From NCBI GenBank assembly GCA_041490525.1, contig JBGPTH010000015.1:3867-67866 (forward strand): a stretch of 64,000 bases of DNA. Reading direction: 5' to 3'. The position numbers were made by a program, and so were the translations under genes. How positions within the stretch are numbered: the first letter of the stretch is position 1; the number at the start of each line of letters is the position of its first letter. Under the pieces are notes generated by a model that saw only the letters and a program-made list of their open reading frames with translations, was not told the DNA's origin and did no database searches. Below are positions 55,978-63,215 of the stretch, one piece after another. This DNA comes from Nitrospiria bacterium. Its GTDB lineage: Bacteria; Nitrospirota; Nitrospiria; Nitrospirales; NS-4.

Positions 55978-56111
55978 AAAAGAGTGGATCACAAACGCCA
56001 TTTGAACGCCTCAAGGAAGCCATGAAGCAAATTCTCTCGACCCCCAAGAAAGATCTCCCCATAAAGCCGTCTGCCAACAAGAAGGCGAAGGCCGCTAAGT
56101 CCTCGTCGTAA
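55974..56111 (+). CDS. possible 45-aa Lys-rich protein coupled to the PIN gene
   Basis: Not in the track (<60 aa). The ATG overlaps the PIN stop (ATGA). Sequence: MKKSGSQTPFERLKEAMKQILSTPKKDLPIKPSANKKAKAAKSSS. Confidence 0.4.
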   Translation: MKKSGSQTPFERLKEAMKQILSTPKKDLPIKPSANKKAKAAKSSS

Positions 56112-56127
56112 TTCCATGCTGCGGCAA

Positions 56128-56165
56128 GTATCCATTTAGATACTGCTTTGTATCTTCATTGATAC
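56128..56165. promoter_or_regulatory. two tandem GTATC-N6-GATAC palindromes (operator candidate)
   Basis: GTATCCATTTAGATAC (56128-56143) and GTATCTTCATTGATAC (56150-56165), 22 bp centre-to-centre, in an AT-rich spacer upstream of ATG 56290. Confidence 0.5.
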
Positions 56166-56289
56166 ATCGAACTGGTTCTTTGATTTGCTTATCCTTTAAA
56201 AACATTTACTTTGTAAGACGACAACGCAAGCACAGACTTTGCTTATTATGTGATGGGCAACATAACAAATTTAACAAGGAGGGTTAACG

Positions 56290-56451
56290 ATGGCAAAGGT
56301 CCCACCGATCCATTCTAAGAAGCCCTTTACACCGCAAGTTTATCACGACGATGACAAATGCACCGAACGCAACAACATCGAGAAAGAAAACATCGTCAGC
56401 GGGACCGGCGGACGCCCCAAGTGCGACCATTGCAAGCGTCTATCTGGTTAA
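56290..56451 (+). CDS. small Cys-containing protein (53 aa)
   Basis: Not in the track (<60 aa). AAGGAGGG SD 7 nt upstream. Sequence: MAKVPPIHSKKPFTPQVYHDDDKCTERNNIEKENIVSGTGGRPKCDHCKRLSG. Confidence 0.5.
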   Translation: MAKVPPIHSKKPFTPQVYHDDDKCTERNNIEKENIVSGTGGRPKCDHCKRLSG

Positions 56452-56780
56452 CTCGCTCCTAGGTCCGTGGTGCGGAAAGTCATTTCCCACCACGGACCAT
56501 GCGGAAAACCATCGTAGAAGTCCCAGACGAGCCTCACCGATAAGACTGGCAGATGGTATGTCATGGCGACTGCCAAGGCCTTGAAGCCCTCGCCGTGGTT
56601 GCCGTGGAACTTGATCGTAGGTTCCGGAAAGGTATGCGTTGCGCCGCCTTGACACGACTCGAATGTCTCAATTCCTTGCGATCTCAAGATAAGGACATAC
56701 TGCCGGATACCGGGGTCTAGCTCCATATCAACTATAGGAGCGAATGATTCTAGTTGGCGTTGTAGATCAAGATTTTTCAT
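56448..56780 (-). CDS. hypothetical protein (110 aa), last cargo gene
   Basis: The ORF start lies 2 nt inside IR-R. It overlaps the 53-aa ORF convergently by 4 nt. No recognisable motif. Confidence 0.5.
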   Translation of the reverse strand: MKNLDLQRQLESFAPIVDMELDPGIRQYVLILRSQGIETFESCQGGATHTFPEPTIKFHGNHGEGFKALAVAMTYHLPVLSVRLVWDFYDGFPHGPWWEMTFRTTDLGAS

Positions 56781-56782
56781 AA

Positions 56783-56807
56783 TACTGAGCCTAGTATATT
56801 ACTGCCG
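56783..56807. repeat. right terminal inverted repeat (IR-R)
   Basis: The reverse complement is CGGCAGTAATATACTAGGCTCAGTA, matching IR-L at 22/25 positions. Confidence 0.75.
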
Positions 56808-56879
56808 CTGACCCCCGCTCCTACCATATGTAGAAGAAAATCTTGCCTTTATCCACCAAATGTGGTAGGAACTACGCCC

Positions 56880-57674
56880 ATGACCGATCATCCGGGGACG
56901 GAAGTGGATACCCTCAGGGACGCCTACCAGATCCGATTGGACCGGTTCGAGGGCCCGCTTGACCTCCTCCTGCATCTGATCAAGGAGGAGAAGATTAACA
57001 TCTACGACATTCCGATCGCGTTGATCACCAAGCAGTATCTCGACTACATCAGCCTCATGAAATCGTTGAATTTGGAGGTGGCGGGAGAATTTCTGGTGAT
57101 GGCGGCCACCCTTATCCATATCAAATCCCGGATGCTCTTGCCCCCCGAGCCCGAGGAGGAAGAGGAGGAGGGGGAGGATCCGCGCGCCGAGCTGGTCCGG
57201 CAGCTCCTGCTGTACAGACAATTCAAGGAAGCGGCCGGCGAGCTGGAAGAGCGGGAGCGGCTGTGGCGGGAGGTGTATGCCCGCGCGCCGCTCATCGAGG
57301 AGGCCACCGATGAGGCGGAGGAGGGCCCACTGGACCTCACGCTCTCCGAGCTGGTGGGTGCGTTTCAGGACCTCCTTCAGCGCGTCCCCTCGAAGGCCCT
57401 GATTGAACTGACGGCCGAATTTCTGACGGTCAAAGACCGGATGAATTACATCCTGGAAAAGTTGGAGGAGGCGCCGGTCGTCTCCTTTGAGACGCTCTTT
57501 CTTCCCGAGGAGGGGCGTCTGGTGTTGATCGTGACATTCCTGGGGCTGCTGGAACTGATCCGGATCAAGTTGGTCCGGGCGTTTCAGCCGGAGCCGTTCG
57601 GGTCCATCCTCCTGTCGCGGGCGTTCCTGGCGGTGACGTCGAAGGAGGGCGATTCGGGGGAGAATGACCAATGA
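56880..57674 (+). CDS. scpA: segregation and condensation protein A
   Basis: About 264 aa with FEGPLDLLLHLIKEEKINIYDIPIALITKQYL...AGEFLVMAATLIHIKSRMLLP. ATG 56880 is preferred over GTG 56862. Confidence 0.9.
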   Translation: MTDHPGTEVDTLRDAYQIRLDRFEGPLDLLLHLIKEEKINIYDIPIALITKQYLDYISLMKSLNLEVAGEFLVMAATLIHIKSRMLLPPEPEEEEEEGEDPRAELVRQLLLYRQFKEAAGELEERERLWREVYARAPLIEEATDEAEEGPLDLTLSELVGAFQDLLQRVPSKALIELTAEFLTVKDRMNYILEKLEEAPVVSFETLFLPEEGRLVLIVTFLGLLELIRIKLVRAFQPEPFGSILLSRAFLAVTSKEGDSGENDQ

Positions 57675-58393
57675 GCAACAAAGCAACGGACTCTGAAGCG
57701 TCAGTCACGGCGACGGTCGAGGCCACCGGGCCCAATGGAGGCAATGGACACCAAGACCCCGGCCTGTCCGGGCTCAAGGGGATCGTGGAAGCGCTCCTCT
57801 TCGTCTCGGGGGAGCCGCTCTCGGTGGATCGGCTGTTGGGCGTCGTGGAGGGCTCCTCCCGGTCGGAGTTGAAAGAGGTGCTGCGGGCCCTGCGAGACGA
57901 GTATGCGGCGGAGGGCCGCGGGCTCCAAGTGGTCGAAGTCGCCGGAGGCTTTCAGATCACCACCCGGGCCGATTGCGCCCCGTGGATCAGACGGCTGGAA
58001 AAAGCCAAGGGGGCCGCCAAGCTGTCGCGCTCGGCCATGGAGACGCTGGCCATCATCGCCTACAAGCAGCCGCTGGTTCGGACCGAGATCGAGCAGATCC
58101 GCGGCGTGGACACGGCGGGTGTTCTGAGAACGCTTCTCGATCGCCGTCTGATTCGCATCATCGGGCGGAAGGACATTCCTGGACGCCCCATCATGTACGG
58201 GACCACCAAGCAGTTCCTGCAGGCCTTCGGGTTAAAAGATTTGGCGGACTTGCCGGCCCTCCGAGACCTCAAGGATCTCGGAGAACCCGAGGGGTTTCTT
58301 CTGCCCGGTGGGGCGCCGATGAGCGAGCCGGGCGAGGAGGAGGACCCACCAGGGTCCTTGGAGCCGGCTCAGGAAGTCGCGGCGAACGGCTGA
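57671..58393 (+). CDS. scpB: segregation and condensation protein B
   Basis: 240 aa with EALLFVSGEPLSV...GFQITTR...LSRSAMETLAIIAYKQPLVRTEIEQIRGV. ATGA overlap with scpA. Confidence 0.9.
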   Translation: MSNKATDSEASVTATVEATGPNGGNGHQDPGLSGLKGIVEALLFVSGEPLSVDRLLGVVEGSSRSELKEVLRALRDEYAAEGRGLQVVEVAGGFQITTRADCAPWIRRLEKAKGAAKLSRSAMETLAIIAYKQPLVRTEIEQIRGVDTAGVLRTLLDRRLIRIIGRKDIPGRPIMYGTTKQFLQAFGLKDLADLPALRDLKDLGEPEGFLLPGGAPMSEPGEEEDPPGSLEPAQEVAANG

Positions 58394-58643
58394 GGCGCCG
58401 CTCGCGTCCCTCCCTCGATCCCCGTGCCGTTCTCTTGCGACGCTACCCGGGCGGTGGCACGCCTACCCCTCGGTACATCTCCCCCCCGAAACTCGGCACT
58501 CCCGGCATCCGGAATCGGTCGAGGTGGGTCAGCCGCCCCCCCGTAGCTTTCCGCCCGCCGATGTGTCAAATTTAAATTATTTTTGAAAGGCTCGGCCCGC
58601 CGGCGCCATTACTCTTTCGAACCGCTCTCGAAAGGAGGAGATC

Positions 58644-60788
58644 ATGGGAAATTTATTTCGAGCAGGTGTCGTGAGTCTGATGCTTGTGGGCAGTGCGCTG
58701 GCGCAAAACCAGCCGGCGTCCGGTCAGCCCGAAGCGCTCGCGTTATCGGGCGGGAAGGCCACGCTGGCGGAGGTGCCGGTGCGGGCCGTCGCGCTGTTCA
58801 GCAGCGGGGTCGGGTACTTCGAGCACGCCGGCACGGTCAGAGGGGACACGAACGCGGAGCTCCGGTTCAAGACCTACCAGATCAACGACATTCTCAAATC
58901 CCTGGTGCTGGAGGATGCGGATGGGGGCAGGGTCAGCGCCGTCGTCTACCCATCCCAGGATCCCCTCGCCAAGACCCTCCGCAGTTTTCAGGTGGACCTC
59001 AACGGAAATCCGTCCCTGGCGCAACTGCTGAACCAGCTGAGGGGGGCGCGGGTCACGGTGAGCCTGCCGGCGGAGCAAATCAGCGGCATGATTCTCGGCC
59101 TCGAGAAAAAGCCCCGGACGGTCGGCGACAAAGGCCAGGTGGTGGAGGCCTGGACGCTGAACCTCCTCATCGGCTCCGCCATGCGCGCCGTGGCGCTGGA
59201 CGACGTGCAGCGGATCGATCTGGAAGACCCGCACTTGCAGGAGGAGCTGGCCAAAGCCCTGGCGGCGCTCTCGCAAGCCCGCGACCAGGACAAGAAACCG
59301 GTCGCCATTTATTTTCAAGGAAAGGGCGAGCGGCGCGTGCGGATGGGCTACGTCGTGGAAACGCCGATCTGGAAGACGAGCTACCGCTTGATCTTGCCCG
59401 CGAAGCCGGAGGAAAAGCCCAAGCTGCAGGGCTGGGCCATCGTCGAGAACCAGACGGACAATGACTGGAACAACGTGCAGCTGTCGCTGGTGAGCGGTCG
59501 GCCGATCTCGTTCGTGCAGGACTTGTATCAGCCGCTGTACATCCCCAGGCCCGTCGTGCAACCGGACCTCTATGCGAGCCTGCGCCCGCAGACGTACGAG
59601 GGCGGGATGGAGGCGGACGAGAAGCAGGTCGAACGGTTTGGGGAGCCGAAGTCGGGAAAAAAGGCCGAAGGCCTTCTCAAACAGAGGGCACCGGGCAGAA
59701 TGGATAGAGGGAAACCCCCTGAGGCGCCCGCGGCCGAAGAAGGCCTCGCCTTGAGCTCTGTGGCAGGGGTTCCCCAAGCCGACAGGCCCCTGGACGCCAC
59801 CGCCGGGGTCGTCTCGGTCGCCTCGGCCGCCAAGATCGGCGAGCTTTTCCAGTACACCGTCGGCAGCGTGTCGCTCCCGCGCCAGCGCTCGGCCATGATC
59901 CCGATCGTGACCGACGAGATCGAGGCGGAACGGGTCAGCATCTACAACCAGAGCGTCTTGCCGAAGAATCCGCTCCAAGGCGTGAGAGTCAAGAACACCA
60001 CCGGCAAGCATCTCCTGGAGGGTCCGCTGACCGTGCTCGATGGCCACACCTACGCCGGCGATGCGCGCATCGACAGCCTTCCGCCGGGTCAGGAGCGGTT
60101 GCTGAGCTACGCGGTGGACCTCCTCATGCAGGTCAATGCGACGAACAACCGGCAGGACACGACGATTCAGACCGGCAAGATCGTGAAAGGGGTCCTGAAC
60201 CTGACCCGAAAGCACGTTTTCACGCAGGAGTACGTGGTGGAGAACAAGGCCGACAAGGACAGGACGGTGATCATCGAGCATCCCTTCCGGGCCGGCTGGA
60301 AGCTGGTCGAGAGCCCCCAGCCGATGGAGACCACGGAAACACTGTACCGGTTCAAGGATGCGGTCGCCTCAGGCAAGACCGCCAGGCTTGCGGTGAAGGA
60401 GGAAAGGGTGCAAGGCGAGACACTGGCCCTTCTTCCCGCCGACCTCGGCCAATTGGAGTTCTACAGCCGGACCGGGGAGATTCCCGCGGCCGTACGGACC
60501 GCCCTGATCAAGGCCATGGACCTCAAGAGCGCGATGCTGGACACCCAGCGGCAGATCCAGGAGCGCCAAAAGGAGTCGGCGGAGATCACGCAGGAGCAGG
60601 AGCGGATCCGCGCCAACATGAAGACGGTCACCCAGAATAGCCAGTACTACACGCGGCTGCTGACGAAGCTGAACGACCAGGAGACCCGGATCGAAAAGCT
60701 GCAGGGCGAGCTCGATCGGCTGAAGGGAACCTACGAGCGCCAGCAAAAGGAGTTGGAGACCTATCTGCTCAACACGACGGTGGGGTGA
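58644..60788 (+). CDS. large secreted protein, DUF4139-like, with a C-terminal coiled coil
   Basis: 714 aa with a signal peptide. The N-terminal pattern (VRAVALFSSGVGYFEH...YQINDILKSLVLED) resembles the DUF4140/DUF4139 family. The C-terminal ~120 aa are heptad-like. Confidence 0.5.
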   Translation: MGNLFRAGVVSLMLVGSALAQNQPASGQPEALALSGGKATLAEVPVRAVALFSSGVGYFEHAGTVRGDTNAELRFKTYQINDILKSLVLEDADGGRVSAVVYPSQDPLAKTLRSFQVDLNGNPSLAQLLNQLRGARVTVSLPAEQISGMILGLEKKPRTVGDKGQVVEAWTLNLLIGSAMRAVALDDVQRIDLEDPHLQEELAKALAALSQARDQDKKPVAIYFQGKGERRVRMGYVVETPIWKTSYRLILPAKPEEKPKLQGWAIVENQTDNDWNNVQLSLVSGRPISFVQDLYQPLYIPRPVVQPDLYASLRPQTYEGGMEADEKQVERFGEPKSGKKAEGLLKQRAPGRMDRGKPPEAPAAEEGLALSSVAGVPQADRPLDATAGVVSVASAAKIGELFQYTVGSVSLPRQRSAMIPIVTDEIEAERVSIYNQSVLPKNPLQGVRVKNTTGKHLLEGPLTVLDGHTYAGDARIDSLPPGQERLLSYAVDLLMQVNATNNRQDTTIQTGKIVKGVLNLTRKHVFTQEYVVENKADKDRTVIIEHPFRAGWKLVESPQPMETTETLYRFKDAVASGKTARLAVKEERVQGETLALLPADLGQLEFYSRTGEIPAAVRTALIKAMDLKSAMLDTQRQIQERQKESAEITQEQERIRANMKTVTQNSQYYTRLLTKLNDQETRIEKLQGELDRLKGTYERQQKELETYLLNTTVG

Positions 60789-60807
60789 CACGCATCCTGA
60801 AAACTGC

Positions 60808-62277
60808 TTACACCTGGTCCGGCGGCGAGTGGGCCGCTTCTTTCAGCCGCCGGAGGCGGGCCTGGTCCAGCTCGAGGAAGAGGCTCCTTTCCTGCGTGAC
60901 CGTCACCGTGCCGGGGGTGCGGCTCTGCACCTTCCGGACCTTGCTTCGCTTGGTGTAGATGACGTCGCCCTTGCCGCTCTTTTTCAGATCGCTGTAAAGC
61001 AGGGCCAAGGTCGCGGCATCCCGGATTGATTCGAGGGGCGGAGTCATCCCTTTCTCCAACCATAAAACTACGTGCGAGCCCGGCGTTCCCTGCGCGTGGA
61101 ACCACAAGTCATGGCTTCGGGCGAATTGGAACGTCAACTCCTCGTTCTCGCGGGCGTTGCGGCCCACGAAGATTTGAAGGCCGTCCGTCGACACAAAGCG
61201 GCGAAACGGCCCCTTTACCGTGGCCTTCTTCCCTAGAGACCCCTTGCCTTGAGGCACCCATTGCTTCCCCTGGTGCAATGGGTCATGGGGGAGAGGGGAG
61301 GGGGACGGCTCAAATTCACCCCGCTCGATTTTCGCCAACTCCGCGCGTAAGGCGGTCAGTTCCCGCTCGGCCGCTTCGAGCCGCGGCCGAATTTCCCGCT
61401 CAGCCCCCAAATATTTTCTGTGTTTCCGGAAATGGTCTTCCATGTTGCCGCGCGCGCCTTTGGCGGGGTCCAACGGAAGGACGATCTCCGGAAGCGCCGG
61501 GTCGAAGTAGTCCACGACCGTGATCCGCTCCTGTCCTTTCGCGATTTCTCCAAGATGCGCTTTGAGCAATTCCCCATAGCGGGCGTACTCCCGATACCGC
61601 GCTGCCTTGTCCAGGTCTCCTTGCAACGCGTCCAAGCGCCGGTGGGTCTTTTTCAGCGCCTTGCGGATCTCGGCCGTGCGGGCTTGCACGGTTCGGGCGC
61701 GGGCGCGGTCTTCCTCCTCCTGCTGATACCGACGCTCGAGGGAGGCGGAGACCGGAAAGGGATGATCAAGGGAGAGCTCCCATCCACTTGTCCGTCTCTC
61801 TTGCGAGCGCGAGGGTGGGGGTGGTGGAGGATGATAGGGCCGGCCGGCTTGCTCGCGGAGCGTTTTTAAGGTGGCCAGGATCTTCTCCTCCTCGTCCAAG
61901 AGGAAAAGATCGGCGCTTCGGCCGGTCAGTTCGGCGATCAGGATGTAAGCGGTGTCGCGCGTCTTGAATCGGAGGCGGACCAGGCGGTCGTCCTGGACCT
62001 GCTCGAGGCCCTCCAGGCGGGCGCCTTCCAGGTTCGCGCGTAGGAACTGGCAGAAGAGCGGAGGGGAAGCCGGGTTGGGAGGGCGATGGCTCAGGAGATG
62101 AAGGCGGGCGGTCTCGGGATCCGCGGACAGCAGCAGGGACACCGTCTGACCGGATCTTCGTACCTCCAGTGTAATCGCGTCCGGCGTTGGCTGAAAAATC
62201 TTCTGGACCGATCCGCCCGTCACGGCCGTGGCGATTTCTTCGACTGCGGCCGAGATCTCGGCGGCTGAGAGCCCCAT
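60808..62277 (-). CDS. NFACT-family (FbpA/RqcH-like, DUF814) RNA-binding protein
   Basis: 489 aa. The N-terminal NFACT-N-like region reads KIFQPTPDAITLEVRR. The C-terminal part reads DGLQIFVGRNARENEELTF..A...DLWFHAQGTPGSHVVL. Confidence 0.78.
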   Translation of the reverse strand: MGLSAAEISAAVEEIATAVTGGSVQKIFQPTPDAITLEVRRSGQTVSLLLSADPETARLHLLSHRPPNPASPPLFCQFLRANLEGARLEGLEQVQDDRLVRLRFKTRDTAYILIAELTGRSADLFLLDEEEKILATLKTLREQAGRPYHPPPPPPSRSQERRTSGWELSLDHPFPVSASLERRYQQEEEDRARARTVQARTAEIRKALKKTHRRLDALQGDLDKAARYREYARYGELLKAHLGEIAKGQERITVVDYFDPALPEIVLPLDPAKGARGNMEDHFRKHRKYLGAEREIRPRLEAAERELTALRAELAKIERGEFEPSPSPLPHDPLHQGKQWVPQGKGSLGKKATVKGPFRRFVSTDGLQIFVGRNARENEELTFQFARSHDLWFHAQGTPGSHVVLWLEKGMTPPLESIRDAATLALLYSDLKKSGKGDVIYTKRSKVRKVQSRTPGTVTVTQERSLFLELDQARLRRLKEAAHSPPDQV

Positions 62278-62339
62278 GTGTGCGTTTTATCGGGCGGAGG
62301 GGGCGGTTGAGCGTGAGAAAGAGATGGCCCGACCCTTCC

Positions 62340-63215
62340 CTAATGAGGGGGAGGTTTCAAGAGGGCATGGAGGGATTCCGAAACCTTTTTTAGGGACACC
62401 GCCTGGCCATCGAGCATTGATCCCTTCTTGACTAAGTCGCCTGCGATGGCTTTAATTTCACTGTCCAGTCGGTCTATTTCCTTTGTAACCTCGGCGACCC
62501 TACTCAGCGTTCCTCGAAAACTTGCCACTTCGCGTTGCATTTTCTCACACGCCTCTTGGGCCTGCGTGGCTTTCTCAGTGGATGCTTCCAACTGTTGCGT
62601 CATTCGGTGAAGTTGAGCCTCTCGAGCACTTAGGTCGTACTCAAGAGCCAACAGTTTCTCTTCGCTCCGTTGCCGTCGCTCATCGAGGCCTTGAATAGCC
62701 CGGATCCAACCCAGGACTTCACCACGTCCTAGCTCGGGTATAGCCGGTAAGGTGTGCCCGCGGTCCAATGCCTGGACAGTCATCTGAACCCAATCAATAA
62801 AGACTGTCATTTCCCGTAACTTGATGCCCAGAGGCGACGTCGTTTCTTCTGGTTCTGATACGGGCTCATCCAAGGCGCTCCTTTCCGGCGCCACGGACGG
62901 CGCCCGCGCATGGTCCGACCGGTGAAATTCCAGCAGCACCGCCACGCAGTGCCGGCAGAAGGGTTGCTCAGCCAAAGGGCACGAGCATTTCGTTACGAGG
63001 CTGCCGGCCTTCAGCCGGATCGTTTGCTTGTAGAGACCGGAATTGCCGATCACCGCCGCGGAAATCTGAACGTCATCGGCCTCGAGAATCCTCACGCGAT
63101 TCTCCAGCAGATACTGGTTGCCGACCGTAAACGCGGCGGCATCGGCCACGGACTGAATCACCGCGGGCTCCAACTGATTCAATTGCTGAGCAGCGCAAGG
63201 GATTTTATTCTGCAT
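62340..63215 (-). CDS. SWIM-zinc-finger protein with a C-terminal coiled coil
   Basis: 291 aa with CSCPLAEQPFCRHC (CxCx9CxH). The C-terminal half is heptad-rich. Confidence 0.68.
   Translation of the reverse strand: MQNKIPCAAQQLNQLEPAVIQSVADAAAFTVGNQYLLENRVRILEADDVQISAAVIGNSGLYKQTIRLKAGSLVTKCSCPLAEQPFCRHCVAVLLEFHRSDHARAPSVAPERSALDEPVSEPEETTSPLGIKLREMTVFIDWVQMTVQALDRGHTLPAIPELGRGEVLGWIRAIQGLDERRQRSEEKLLALEYDLSAREAQLHRMTQQLEASTEKATQAQEACEKMQREVASFRGTLSRVAEVTKEIDRLDSEIKAIAGDLVKKGSMLDGQAVSLKKVSESLHALLKPPPH

Larger units (their letters stand above)
53512..56807. mobile_element. IS1595-family transposon with passenger genes (transporter IS), 3296 bp
   Basis: 25-bp terminal inverted repeats with 22/25 matches. 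CTGACCC direct repeats lie immediately outside both ends (53505-53511 and 56808-56814). It contains a single IS1595-type transposase plus five cargo ORFs and is AT-richer than its flanks. Confidence 0.8.
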
